The notes under the pieces: generated by a model
Told to the model about the DNA's origin: nothing
The model's database searches: none
The model's input: the letters and a program-made list of their open reading frames with translations, nothing else
Shown: positions 1 through 10,164 of the stretch, piece after piece
How the letters are laid out: each line of letters begins with the position of its first letter
Numbering within the stretch: the stretch's first letter is position 1
Program-made: the position numbers and the translations under genes
Assembly (NCBI GenBank): GCA_963783375.1
Contig: CAWANH010000029.1
Location: forward strand, 640,001 to 704,000
Direction of reading: 5' to 3'
From: Candidatus Eiseniibacteriota bacterium
GTDB taxonomy: Bacteria > Eisenbacteria > RBG-16-71-46 > JABDJR01
Length of the DNA stretch: 64,000 nt

Positions 1-1900
1 CGATCCCTCCCGGGGTCATGGTGATGGTGCTTCCCCCCACCTTGAGCTCGATCTTCCCGGAGTCCAGGGTGATGGTGTTGGCGGTGGCCTTGATCTCGAT
101 CTTTCCCGGGTCCACCGTCGTCCAGTTGTCCTTCACCCGGTGCTCGCTCTTCTCGGTGTCCTCCTGGTAGGAGGTCTTGGACAACCGGTAGTACTGCTTG
201 TCGACGATCACCACGCGGTTGTCGCCGTCCACGAACAGCTCGGCCGGTCCCTCGGACACCTTGATCGTCTGCTTGTTCTTCACGGTGATGGTCTGGTCGT
301 GGCCGACGTTCCGGTTCTCGTCGTTTCCGATGCTCTGGGACTCGTCGTGCTCCACCCGGGCCACCCAGTCCTTCTGGGCGTGCAGGAACACCTCCTCGTT
401 CCCGGACGCATCCTCGAACCGGAGCTCGTTGAACCCGTTGCTTCCCGGGGAGGAGGCGGAGCGGATGGTGCTCTTGGTCTTCTCGTCGGGAAGCGGATAG
501 GGGGGCGGGTTGTCCCCGTTGTAGACGCAGCCGGTGACCAGGGGGCGGTCCGGGTCGCCCTCGAGGAAGCTCACCACCACCTCCATGCCGACCCGGGGAA
601 TGAACATGGAACCCCAGCCCGGGCCGGCCCAGGTCTGCCCCACCCGGACCCAGCAGGAGCTCCGCTCGTCGTCCTGACCCTCCCGGTCCCAGTGGAACTG
701 GACCTTGATCCGGCCGAAGTTGTCCGGGTAGATCTCCTCCCCGGCCGGGCCCACCACCTTCGCGGTCTGAGGCCCCTCCAGGCGGGGCGGCGGGGTGATC
801 CGGCGGGGGCTCAGCGAATCGTCGGCGGGGATGCAGTCGAAGGTGTTGGAATAGACCGGCTCCCCTTCGGCCTGCCCCGACTCCTCGGCCAGGACCTGGG
901 GCTGGCTCCCCCAGTGGTTCACCCGGAGGAGCAGGTACTCCCGGTTGAAATCCATCCGGGGATGATCCTCCAGGGTGAAGCGGAAGCCGGGAAGGAACCG
1001 GCGGCAGTTGCTCTGGCCCTGGCCGCGATCGCGCTCGGTGCGGTGCTCGGACAGGCGGACCGTCGCCCGCTCCTTGGCCGCCGACACCTCCACGAAGCGC
1101 CCGGGATAGTCGTAGTCCTCGTAGCTCCCCTCGTCCCCGGGGTCGGACAGCTCGCCGGTGGCCGAGAGATCCAGGGTGGGTTTCTTGAAGTCGTAGTCCC
1201 GCACCATGGTCTTTCCGGTCCGGACCTCGCGCCGGACCCGCAGGCGGGAGATCTCCTTCCCCGGGACGGTTCCGAACTCGGTTTCCCGGTACACCAGGGC
1301 GGGATCGCCGGCCAGATCGGGGTGGCACTCCGGGGCGTCGCCGGTCACCAGCACGTGGGAATTCTCGGTGTGGCGGAAGAAGTAGTGGATGCCCTCTTCC
1401 TCCAGGAGCCGGCTCAGGAAGTCGAAGTCGCTCTCCCGGTACTGCACGCAGTACTCCCGGGTGGCGTAGGTCCCGTTGAGCTGGGGATCGTAGAGGTCCG
1501 AAGGGATCCCGGCCTGGGTCAGCACCTCCTCCACGATTTCCGGAACGCTCATGTCCTGGAAGATGCGGCTCTGCCGGCGGAGGCGGAGCAGCCACAGTCT
1601 CGGCACCAGACGAGCCCGGTAGTAGGTGTACATCCGCCCCCGGCCGAGCTGCTCGAAGCGCGCGATCATCCCGTGCACCAACCGCTCCCCGAACTGGCTC
1701 TGGAGGGAGAGCAGCGCGTCCTTCCCCACCACATCGTCGAAGTCCATCCCCGGGTCGCGGGAAGCGAGATCCATCTCGAACCGATAGAGGTTCGAGACCC
1801 CCTCGTGGCCGCTGAACCGGGTGATCAGGAACTCGTCGGCGGGGAGGCCGTCCACCTCGAGGGAGAAATCGGCCTGCCGAGTGGACCGGATGATCGCCAT
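1..1900 (-). CDS. vgrG: T6SS spike protein VgrG/TssI (3' end runs off the window)
   Basis: Hand-translated, absent from the ORF track because no stop falls in the window. ATG at 1900 gives MAIIRSTRQADFSLEV...REYCVQYRESDFDFLSRLLEEEGIHYFF...GRIKVQFHWDR...SCWVRVGQTWAG...IPRVGMEVVVSFLEGDPDRP...NELRFED, which are canonical VgrG motifs. Confidence 0.96.
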   Translation of the reverse strand, partial: MAIIRSTRQADFSLEVDGLPADEFLITRFSGHEGVSNLYRFEMDLASRDPGMDFDDVVGKDALLSLQSQFGERLVHGMIARFEQLGRGRMYTYYRARLVPRLWLLRLRRQSRIFQDMSVPEIVEEVLTQAGIPSDLYDPQLNGTYATREYCVQYRESDFDFLSRLLEEEGIHYFFRHTENSHVLVTGDAPECHPDLAGDPALVYRETEFGTVPGKEISRLRVRREVRTGKTMVRDYDFKKPTLDLSATGELSDPGDEGSYEDYDYPGRFVEVSAAKERATVRLSEHRTERDRGQGQSNCRRFLPGFRFTLEDHPRMDFNREYLLLRVNHWGSQPQVLAEESGQAEGEPVYSNTFDCIPADDSLSPRRITPPPRLEGPQTAKVVGPAGEEIYPDNFGRIKVQFHWDREGQDDERSSCWVRVGQTWAGPGWGSMFIPRVGMEVVVSFLEGDPDRPLVTGCVYNGDNPPPYPLPDEKTKSTIRSASSPGSNGFNELRFEDASGNEEVFLHAQKDWVARVEHDESQSIGNDENRNVGHDQTITVKNKQTIKVSEGPAELFVDGDNRVVIVDKQYYRLSKTSYQEDTEKSEHRVKDNWTTVDPGKIEIKATANTITLDSGKIELKVGGSTITMTPGGI

Positions 1901-1902
1901 GA

Positions 1903-4614
1903 CTACGCCTCCTTCGTCGCCGTTCCCCCGAACTCCAGGGCAAAGCCTTCGTCGTCACCCACCGTGACCCGCACCCGGTCGGGAAGCGGACCTTCCGACA
2001 TCCGTTCCAGGAGCGCGGTGGAGAGCATGGGGAGCAGGGTCTGCTGGATGATGTGATCGATGTTCCGGGCCCCGGTTTCCACCTCGGTGCACCGGGCGGC
2101 GATCACATCCTCCACCCGTGGATCGGTCTCCAGGAGCATGCGGTGGCTGTCCCAGAGCCGGTTCACCACCTTGCCCATCTTGAGCCGGATGATCTCCTTC
2201 AGGAAGTCGCCGGCCAGGGGGTAGAAGGGTACGATCTCCATCCGGGCCAACAGCGCCGGTTTGAAGTGCTGGGAGAGGACGGGCCGGATGGCCCCGGTCA
2301 CCTCCTCCAGGGTGGGAGGCACCGGGCCCCCGCACATCTGCATGATCACGTCCGAGGCCAGGTTGCTGGTCAGGAAGACCACGGTGTTCTTGAAGTCGAT
2401 GACCCGGCCTTCCCCGTCGGCCAGCATTCCCTTGTCGAAGACCTGGTAGAAGAGGTTCAGCACCTCGGGGTCGGCCTTCTCCACCTCGTCCAGGAGCACC
2501 ACCGAGTAGGGGCGCTGCCGGACCGCCTCGGTGAGCACCCCCCCCTCGCCGTAACCCACGTAGCCGGGAGGCGACCCGATGAGGCGGCTCACGGTGTGCT
2601 TCTCCTGGAACTCGGACATGTTGATGGTGGTGAGGAACCGCTCCCCGCCGAACATGAGGTCGGCCACCGAGAGCGCAGCCTCGGTCTTTCCCACCCCGCT
2701 CGGACCCACGAACAGGAACACCCCGATGGGGGTGCCGGGGTTCTTGAGTCCGGCATGGGACGCCCGGAGCCCCCGGTCCACCGCCTCGATGGCGTGGTCC
2801 TGCCCCTTGATCCGCTCCGCCATGCGGCGATGGAAGTCGAGAACGCTCGCGGCCTGGTCCCGCACCATCTTCCCGGCCGGGATTCCGGTCCAGTCGCTGA
2901 TCACCGCCGCGATGAGCGCGGCGTCGACCTCGACCGGAATGAGGGGGTTCTTGCCCTGGAGCTTACCGAGCCCGGCCAGGGCCTCGTCCAGCTCCCGCCG
3001 GGTCACCTTGGCCGGGGCGGGCGCGGCTTCGCCCTCTCCGGGCTTTCCCGCCGCCGGCTTGGCGCTCGCGTCCTTGCCGTCCCCGGTCTTGGCCGGAACG
3101 TCCTTGCCGAGATAGATCCGGCGGAGGTCGAGGAGCCGGTTCACCGCCTCCCGCTCCTTCTCCCAACGCGCGGTGAGCTCGGTGCGGCTGGTGTCGAGCG
3201 CGGCCAGCTCCTTCTCCAGCGCCCCGGCCCGGTCCTTCTTCGGGTCCCGTCCCAGCTCCTCGTCCTCGGCCAGCGCCTTCCGCTCCCGATCCAGGGTCTG
3301 GATCCGACGCTCCACCGCGTCCAGGGCCTCGGGCTTCGTGGCCTGGGCGATCTTCACCCGCGCCGCCGCGGTGTCGAGGAGGTCCACCGCCTTGTCCGGG
3401 AGCTGGCGCCCCGAGATGTAGCGGCTGGAAAGGCGGGCCGCCGCCTCCACCCCCTCATCGGTGATCCGGACTCCGTGGGCCTCCTCGTACTTCGAGCGAA
3501 GGCCCCGCATGATGAGGATGGCGTCCTCTTCCGTCGGCTCATCCAGCTTCACCAACTGGAAACGGCGGGCCAGGGCGGGGTCCTTCTCGAAGTACTTCTT
3601 GTACTCGGACCAGGTGGTGGCGGCGATGGTGCGGAGCTCGCCCCGGGCCAGGGCGGGCTTCAGGAGGTTGGCGGCGTCGCCTCCGCCCGCCGAGCCGCCG
3701 GCCCCGATCAGGGTGTGGGCCTCGTCGATGAAGGTCACCACCGGGGTCGGCGATCCCTTGACCTCGCTGATCACCGCCTTCAACCGGTTCTCGAACTCCC
3801 CCTTCACCCCCGCGCCGGCCTGGAGGAGCCCCAGGTCCAGGGTCAGGAGCCGCACGTTCTTGAGGAGGTCGGGCACGTCCCCCTCGACGATGCGGAGCGC
3901 CAGCCCCTCCACCACCGCCGTCTTCCCCACCCCCGGCTCCCCCACCACGATGGGGTTGTTCTTCCGGCGCCGGGCCAGGATGTCGATCATCTGCCGGATC
4001 TCCCGGTCGCGTCCGAACACCGGGTCGATCTCCCCCTTCCGCGCCCGCTCGGTGAAGTCGATCATGAACCGCCCGATGGCCGTTTCGTCGGCGGGACGGC
4101 TCGGACCCTGGGTCCGGGGCTCACCCTCGCCCGGGGCCTCGTGTTCGCTGCTCGAGGCGGTGATGCGGTAGAGATCGCGCTTGAGCTCGTCCTTCCGGAT
4201 CGGATCCAGGTAGCCGGAGAGATCCTCGTCGGTGAAGCGGTCGGGCTTCTGCACCAGGACCAGGAAGAGACCGCCGGAGCGGACCCGGTCCTCGCCGTAG
4301 TCCACCGAGGTCGCGAGCCAGGCGTCCTGGATCCAGCCCAGGAGGAGGGGCGAGAAGACCGGGCGGCCGGTGTTCCCCGCCCGCACCCGATCCAGGACGT
4401 GCTGCACCGTCTTCAGGAGCCCCGCGGGGTTGATCTCGAAGTGGCGGAGGATCGCCTGGACGTCCCCGGAGGGATCCTCCAGGAATTGCATGAGCAGGTG
4501 CTCCGCCGTGACCTCGTAGTGGCCGCGGGAGACGCAGTTTCCCGCCGCGGCCTCCAGGGCCCGCCGGGTGGGACCGTTCAGCTTGTTGATAAGGCCTTTG
4601 ATGTCCACGTCCAT
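1903..4614 (-). CDS. tssH: T6SS AAA+ ATPase ClpV/TssH
   Basis: Two Walker A motifs (GEPGVGKT, GPSGVGKT), KPALARGELRTIAATT and a ClpV-type N-terminus (MDVDIKGLINKLN...CVSRGHYEV). Start set at ATG 4614 behind GAAGGAGAA. Confidence 0.96.
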   Translation of the reverse strand: MDVDIKGLINKLNGPTRRALEAAAGNCVSRGHYEVTAEHLLMQFLEDPSGDVQAILRHFEINPAGLLKTVQHVLDRVRAGNTGRPVFSPLLLGWIQDAWLATSVDYGEDRVRSGGLFLVLVQKPDRFTDEDLSGYLDPIRKDELKRDLYRITASSSEHEAPGEGEPRTQGPSRPADETAIGRFMIDFTERARKGEIDPVFGRDREIRQMIDILARRRKNNPIVVGEPGVGKTAVVEGLALRIVEGDVPDLLKNVRLLTLDLGLLQAGAGVKGEFENRLKAVISEVKGSPTPVVTFIDEAHTLIGAGGSAGGGDAANLLKPALARGELRTIAATTWSEYKKYFEKDPALARRFQLVKLDEPTEEDAILIMRGLRSKYEEAHGVRITDEGVEAAARLSSRYISGRQLPDKAVDLLDTAAARVKIAQATKPEALDAVERRIQTLDRERKALAEDEELGRDPKKDRAGALEKELAALDTSRTELTARWEKEREAVNRLLDLRRIYLGKDVPAKTGDGKDASAKPAAGKPGEGEAAPAPAKVTRRELDEALAGLGKLQGKNPLIPVEVDAALIAAVISDWTGIPAGKMVRDQAASVLDFHRRMAERIKGQDHAIEAVDRGLRASHAGLKNPGTPIGVFLFVGPSGVGKTEAALSVADLMFGGERFLTTINMSEFQEKHTVSRLIGSPPGYVGYGEGGVLTEAVRQRPYSVVLLDEVEKADPEVLNLFYQVFDKGMLADGEGRVIDFKNTVVFLTSNLASDVIMQMCGGPVPPTLEEVTGAIRPVLSQHFKPALLARMEIVPFYPLAGDFLKEIIRLKMGKVVNRLWDSHRMLLETDPRVEDVIAARCTEVETGARNIDHIIQQTLLPMLSTALLERMSEGPLPDRVRVTVGDDEGFALEFGGTATKEA

Positions 4615-4679
4615 GGGAACTTCTCCTTCAGGAAGCCGCCCCGGGTCCGGCCGCGGCCGGACCGGGAGCGGAGACTGCG

Positions 4680-5743
4680 TCAGCGCGCCGGGAGTGGGCC
4701 CGCCGTCCCGGCCACCGGGTCGGCGCTCCGCGTGGAGAGGACCACCAGGCCCTCCTCGTCCCCCCGAGGCACGATCCAACTCATTTCTCCCAGCGGTCGG
4801 CTCTCATCCCCCCCCAGTCGGAGGGGGGAACGGCCTCCGGCTTGACCCGGAGCGCCACGTCGAAATCAAGGGGGTCGCTCACGAAGTAACGGGCCAGGCG
4901 CACCAGGCGCCGGAACTCCTCACCGCCGGGAAGAAAGCGCGAGGCCTCGTCGGCCTCCAGCGGCCCCAGGACGACCCGAAACGAACCGGTGCGGTCCTGG
5001 ATTCTCTCCCCCAGGCAGGCGGAGTCCCCCAGGAGCGCGCTCGCCGACCCCAGGCGGAGGATCTGCTCGGCAGGGATGGGCACCGTCCGCTCGCGAAAGG
5101 ACTCCACCTCCACCGGCACCCCTTCGAACTGGTCTCCCAGGAAGCCTTGGAGAGAGGAGGCGGAACGGGCATGCCCGCCCAGCAGTCCGGCCCCGCGAAG
5201 CAACAGGGGGAACGGGATCCCCAGGGCTTCCTTCATCCCCGCCGTCCCCAGGCCGACCAGGCAAAGCATGCGGTCGGTGAAAGGATCGTCCCCCCCGACG
5301 CCGTATTGCACCGGATAGCGGTACTTCACCCAGCTCCGGTACACGAAGGAGATCAGCCGGTGGTTGAAGAGATCGAGGAAATCCCTCAGGCCCTGCGCGT
5401 CGATCCCGTCCCACAGAAGGTCCTCGGTGAAGTGGTTGGGCATGGGCGAGGAAGGCCCGTAGAGCCCGAAGAAGTTCACCGTCACCTGGTAGCGGACCGG
5501 GATCTCCGCCGAAGCGTCCTCGCTCCGCTCCACCGAAGCCACGTCGGCGTCGGGGAAACCCAGGCTCAGGGCGGGCCGAAACCGCACGGTCTCCCGCCCG
5601 GGAGGGCCTCCTTCACCGGGAACCACCGCCCCTTCCCGGCGATCCAGGAGCAGGCGAACCAGCTGGGGGAACGAGAAGCGGTAGGGCTCCTCGAAGATCA
5701 GCCGGTTCAGATCAGCGTTTTCTGTCCGATCTTCGACGGCCAC
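4680..5743 (-). CDS. tssG: T6SS baseplate TssG, with an apparent 1-nt frameshift near the 3' end
   Basis: GTG 5743 gives ...EEPYRFSFPQLVRLL...VNFFGLYGPSSPMP...DFLDLFNHRL. The frame stops at 4781 as assembled. One extra C in the run at 4823-4828 restores VPPLRLGG...LGEMSW to TGA at 4680. Confidence 0.88.
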
Positions 5744-7467
5744 GTGGTCTCCTCGCCGCGTTGAATCCCCCGCGTGCGGAGTCGGGTGAAGGAATTGATC
5801 GAGGCATGGAGGCTCAGGAACTCGTTCACCAGGGTGGCGAACAGGAACAGGTCGCCGTCCCCGGCGTAGTGGTCCTCCAGGAGGTCCAGTTCCACCTCCC
5901 ATCCGCGAATCGGCGCCCCCCGGACCAGGACCTGGGCGGGCCGGCTTCGCACCCGCTCGATGCCGCGGATACGCATGGCGTTGGCCCGCGCCGCCCGCGG
6001 GTCGCGCAGGGCCTGGAAGTTGTAGAGATCGAGGATTCCCCGGAGGGCCTCCACGCTGGTCAGGGAGACGTAGTTCAGGGACAGGTGCGAGATCAGCCGC
6101 CAGTGGAGGTCTCCCTCCAGGGGAGGGGGCACCGACGGGGTGGGAATGGTGAGGTTCTTGAACCGCACGAACTCCGGGGAGGAGTCGGTGGGCACGCTCA
6201 CGTCCCCCACCCGGAGGGCCTCGGGCAGACGGCGGTTGGTGACGGTCAGATCCACCGCGATGGTCTCCACCGGCGGGATGGCGCTGGCGCCCTGGACGTC
6301 CATGAAGGACAGGTAGTGCTCGGACCGGTCGTCCACCACCGACTCGCGGATGCGGTCGTGGTAGAAGGTGGACTCCCCCGTCTCCCGACCGTGGCGGAAG
6401 GCGTAGAAGGGGGGGATGACCCGCTCCCGGGCGGTCCCGGGGAGCACCCCGGTCACCCGATCCACGGTGAAGACCTCGTAGTGGAGCGCGTCGGAGCCCG
6501 AGGGGCGCAACCGGTACTCCGCCTGGGTCCGGTCGATCCGGAAGGGGTCGGCCTGGTGTTCGAACAGGTTGGCGATCGGGGTGCAGTAGAGGCGGATCTG
6601 ATCCTTGGTGGGACGGAGGCTCACCGGCAGGGTCCGATCGAAGCGAATCTCCACCTGGAACCGGTCCTCCACCGGGAGGGCGGCGAGCTTGTCCAGGCCC
6701 ACCAGGTCCAGGAAGAGGAACTTCTCCGGAAGGGAGAAATACTCCTGGAGCAGCCGGTAGCCGGGAAAGGCCCGGGGCGGATATGGAAGCAGCGCCTCGG
6801 AGTCGTCGAACCCCGCCGCCTCCAGGGTCACCGGGACGCGCCCCCCGGGGGCCGCTTCGCCGCCGGGCGCCGCCGCGGGCCCGGCCACCGCCTCCCGCAC
6901 CTGTCTGCACAGGGCGTGATAGAGCGTGAAGCTCACCGCGGGATCGCCGTGGAGGTAGAGGCGTATTCGCCGGAGGTCCAGGGAATCCAGCCGGGCCTGG
7001 TTCCAGACCCGAAACTCGAGAAACAGTCGCGAGGGTCCCGCGGTCCGGTCCTCCAGGGTCACCTTGTCCAGGGAGATCGGGTTCAGGAGCACCTCGGTCG
7101 AGGTGCGAAAGCGGCACGGGGTTCCCTCCACCGGCACCGACTGGACCTCCACCCCGCGGGGAACCCGCTGGGACTGGCGGAGCGCGGCCAGAACCGGGGA
7201 GAACTCGAGCACCGACATGGCGGGCACCGGCCGGAGGTAGTGCGGCCAGAGCATTCCCAGGAGGGAATGGGTGATCTCGGGAAGCTCGTCGTCCAGCTTC
7301 TGGCGGATCCGGCCGGAGAGGAAGGCGAATCCCTCGAGAAGCCGCTCCACGTCGGGATCGCTTCCCACCTGGCCCAGGAAGTGGGCGGCGGCGGGATGGG
7401 CCCGGGAGAACTCCTCGCCGAGCTGCCGCAGGAACAGAAGCTCGTCCTGATAGTACTTGTTGAACAT
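5707..7467 (-). CDS. tssF: T6SS baseplate TssF
   Basis: MFNKYYQDELLFLR...DPDVERLLEGFAFL...WPHYLRPVP...GYRLLQEYF...WRLISHLSLNY; 586 aa. Confidence 0.96.
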   Translation of the reverse strand: MFNKYYQDELLFLRQLGEEFSRAHPAAAHFLGQVGSDPDVERLLEGFAFLSGRIRQKLDDELPEITHSLLGMLWPHYLRPVPAMSVLEFSPVLAALRQSQRVPRGVEVQSVPVEGTPCRFRTSTEVLLNPISLDKVTLEDRTAGPSRLFLEFRVWNQARLDSLDLRRIRLYLHGDPAVSFTLYHALCRQVREAVAGPAAAPGGEAAPGGRVPVTLEAAGFDDSEALLPYPPRAFPGYRLLQEYFSLPEKFLFLDLVGLDKLAALPVEDRFQVEIRFDRTLPVSLRPTKDQIRLYCTPIANLFEHQADPFRIDRTQAEYRLRPSGSDALHYEVFTVDRVTGVLPGTARERVIPPFYAFRHGRETGESTFYHDRIRESVVDDRSEHYLSFMDVQGASAIPPVETIAVDLTVTNRRLPEALRVGDVSVPTDSSPEFVRFKNLTIPTPSVPPPLEGDLHWRLISHLSLNYVSLTSVEALRGILDLYNFQALRDPRAARANAMRIRGIERVRSRPAQVLVRGAPIRGWEVELDLLEDHYAGDGDLFLFATLVNEFLSLHASINSFTRLRTRGIQRGEETTWPSKIGQKTLI

Positions 7468-7469
7468 CC

Positions 7470-7886
7470 CTATCCCTTGACGTCGACTTCGCCGGAGGCG
7501 TCGATCCGGGTCTCGAACCAGACCGACGCCCGCTCATCGGCGGTGGCCAGCTCGGCGGTGATCTCGAAGCGCAACGCCAGGGGGTCGTCGTCGGTCTCCA
7601 CGTACTTCACGTTGACCCGGCGGAGCCGCGGTTCGTAGGTTTCGATGGTCTCCTTGATCGCCCGCCGCATCCCCGTCACCCCCTCCGGGAAGCTGGCGGT
7701 CAGGTCCACCATGTCCGGAATGCCGTAACCGGGCTGGGCGGGGGCGATCCCACGACGGGAATTGAGGAGGTTCCGCAGGTTGGAAAGCACCGACTCCGCC
7801 AGGCGGCTGGTGTTCTCGTGGATGGTCCGGGAACCCTCGGCCCCCGGATCGCGCAGACGCTCGAACAGGCTTCGATCCCGCGGCAC
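7470..7886 (-). CDS. tssE: T6SS baseplate TssE (gp25-like)
   Basis: SLFERL...NLRNLLNSRRG...YGIPD...IETYEPRL; lies between hcp and tssF. Confidence 0.93.
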   Translation of the reverse strand: MPRDRSLFERLRDPGAEGSRTIHENTSRLAESVLSNLRNLLNSRRGIAPAQPGYGIPDMVDLTASFPEGVTGMRRAIKETIETYEPRLRRVNVKYVETDDDPLALRFEITAELATADERASVWFETRIDASGEVDVKG

Positions 7887-7922
7887 GGACCCTCCCGGCG
7901 AGGTTCAGGGGACGGCAAGGAC

Positions 7923-7955
7923 GGCCGGGAGGGCGCGATCCGCGTCCTCCCGGCC
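7923..7955 (-). other. GC-rich stem-loop downstream of hcp (mRNA stability element or partial terminator)
   Basis: GGCCGGGAGGGCGCG-ATC-CGCGTCCTCCCGGCC near-perfect inverted repeat with no U-tract. Confidence 0.5.
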
Positions 7956-7981
7956 CTGCCCGATCGGTTCCCGACGGAGGC

Positions 7982-8473
7982 CTAGGCCTGTTCCCGCCAG
8001 CTATCCTGATGCATCGACCCGCTGGGCTCGAAGGTCCAGGAGATGGTCTCGAACATGACCGAGATCTCCTCCAGCGGAGGATGGGTGGAGGAGGCCGGAT
8101 CGATGCTGTCCGGGCTTACCGCGGTGAAGCTCGAAATCCGGCCGCCCTTGACCTCGATGGTGTAGAACTGCTCGGTGGTGCCGTCCCCGTCCGGGTTGGG
8201 CCGGTAGAACTTGAAGGTCCCCTCGATGACCTCGTTGTTGACCAGAGCCCTGTAGAGAAGCGGGGTGGCCTTGTCGATCCGCTTACGGAACACGATGGGT
8301 TCGTAGGACCGGCGGCCGGTTGACATGCCGCTCCCCGCCTCGCGTCCGGTGCGGACGGCGGACTGGAAGAACACGCACTCGATCGAGTCCTCGCGGTCCA
8401 TGGACGTGATCGAGCTGTCGCCCGGGACGTCGGCCCCGTTCGCCTTGAGCCACAAGTGGACATTCTGCGCCAT
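7982..8473 (-). CDS. hcp: T6SS tube protein Hcp/TssD
   Basis: REDSIEC...TGRRSYEPIVFRKRIDKATPLLYRAL...FYTIEV...LEEISVMFETISW; 163 aa. Confidence 0.95.
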   Translation of the reverse strand: MAQNVHLWLKANGADVPGDSSITSMDREDSIECVFFQSAVRTGREAGSGMSTGRRSYEPIVFRKRIDKATPLLYRALVNNEVIEGTFKFYRPNPDGDGTTEQFYTIEVKGGRISSFTAVSPDSIDPASSTHPPLEEISVMFETISWTFEPSGSMHQDSWREQA

Positions 8474-8589
8474 TACCCTTTGCCTCCTGGGTGACGGTGA
8501 ATCGCGAGAGGATCGGGCGGGTCACCTTGCCGCCGGATCTGCATCCTCTCCAGGATTGAATCTGCGTTCGGACAGAGCCGGACCAGGAC

Positions 8590-10077
8590 CTACTTCTTGT
8601 CCAGCTTGCCCACCAGGGACAGGGTGAAGAAGGCGCCCATGTACTTGAAGTGGGGGCGCACCTTCAACCCGACCTTGTACCAGCCGGGATCCCCTTCCAC
8701 GTCGTCCACCACGACCTCCGCCTCCCGCAACGGCCGGCGCCCCTTGGTGGCGGCGCTGGCGTTGTCCATCTCCGACACGTACTGCCGGATCCACAAATTG
8801 AGCTCACGGTTCAGATCGGACTTCTCCTTCCAGCTTCCGATGTTCTCCCGCTGGATGACCTTGATGTAGTGGGCCAGCCGGTTGACGATGAACATGTAGG
8901 GAAGCTGGGTCCCGAGCTTGTAGTTGGCCTCGGCGTCCTTCCCCTCCTTGCTGTTCCCGAAGAACTTCGGCTTCTGGCAGGAGTTCGCGGAGAAGAAGCA
9001 GGCGTTGTCGCTCCCCTTCCGCATGGTGAGGGGAATGAAGCCCTCCTCGGCCAGCTCGAACTCCCGACGCTCGGAGATCAGCACCTCGGTGGGGATCTTC
9101 TGCTCGGTGGTGCCCATCGCCTTGTAGGTGTGCACCGGAAGGTCCTCCACCGCGCCCCCGCTCTGGGGACCGATGATGTTGGGGCACCACCGGTACTTGG
9201 CGAAGCTGTCGGTCAGCCGGGAGGCGAAGGCGAAGACCGCGTTCCCCCACAGGTACTTGTCGTGGTTGCCCGCGACCTGCTCGTCGTAGTTGAACTCCTT
9301 GACCGGCACCGTCTCCTCGCCATAGGGGAGCCGCAGAAGGAACCGCGGCATGACCAACCCGACGCTCCGGGCGTCCTCCGACTCGCGGAAGGAGTTCCAT
9401 TTCGCGTAGGTCGGCGACTCGAAGATGGAGTGCATGTCCTTCAGGTTCGGGAGCTGGGTGATGTCGTCCACCCCGAAGAACTTGGGGCTGGCCGCGGCGA
9501 TGAACGGGGCGTGGGACATCGAGGCCACGCTGGCCGCGTACTGCAGCAGCTTCATGTCCTGGGGATGCGCCGAGAACTCGTAGTTGGCGATCATGGCCCC
9601 GATGGGCTCACCGCCGAACTGTCCGTACTCCGCGGTGTAGACCTGCTTGTAGAGGCCCGACTTCACCACCTCGGGGGAGTCCTCGAAGTCGTTCAGGAGA
9701 TCGTCCTTGGAGACGTTGAGGATCTGGATCTTCGTGTTCTCCCGGAAGTCGGTCCGGTCCACCAGCATCTTGAGGCCGCGCCAGGTGGATTCCACCTTCT
9801 GGACCTCGGGATGGTGGAGCACCTCGTCGATCTGGGAGCTCATCTTCTTGTCCAGCTCGGAGATGATCCCGTTGATCACCGACTGGTGGACCTTGGGGGT
9901 GGTGACGCCGGGGCGGACCAGTTCCTTGATGAAGGCCTCCAGCCCCCGCTTCGCCACCGCGTAGCTCTCGTCGCTGGGTTTCACCTTCGTGGTCAGGACG
10001 ATTTCATCGAGCAGCGAGCCGCCGGCCTCCTCGGCCTGACCGGACGCGGCCTGCGCTTGGTTTTCCATTTCAGACAT
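8590..10077 (-). CDS. tssC: T6SS sheath large subunit TssC/VipB
   Basis: VLHHPEVQKVESTWRGL...YTAEYGQFGGEP...YLWGNA...ISERREFELAEEGFI...LPYMFIVNRLAHYIKV. Confidence 0.97.
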   Translation of the reverse strand: MSEMENQAQAASGQAEEAGGSLLDEIVLTTKVKPSDESYAVAKRGLEAFIKELVRPGVTTPKVHQSVINGIISELDKKMSSQIDEVLHHPEVQKVESTWRGLKMLVDRTDFRENTKIQILNVSKDDLLNDFEDSPEVVKSGLYKQVYTAEYGQFGGEPIGAMIANYEFSAHPQDMKLLQYAASVASMSHAPFIAAASPKFFGVDDITQLPNLKDMHSIFESPTYAKWNSFRESEDARSVGLVMPRFLLRLPYGEETVPVKEFNYDEQVAGNHDKYLWGNAVFAFASRLTDSFAKYRWCPNIIGPQSGGAVEDLPVHTYKAMGTTEQKIPTEVLISERREFELAEEGFIPLTMRKGSDNACFFSANSCQKPKFFGNSKEGKDAEANYKLGTQLPYMFIVNRLAHYIKVIQRENIGSWKEKSDLNRELNLWIRQYVSEMDNASAATKGRRPLREAEVVVDDVEGDPGWYKVGLKVRPHFKYMGAFFTLSLVGKLDKK

Positions 10078-10164
10078 TGTCGTTCCTCCCGGTCACGCCG
10101 GCCGGACCTTCGGCCGCGGCGACCCATTCCAGGGATTTCATCCTCCGGTAGCCTGTTCCGGCGG

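Noticed and set aside
4781-7537. 918-aa ORF as a single protein
   Set aside because: Only the part from 5743 is TssG. The rest is an off-frame overlap with tssF.
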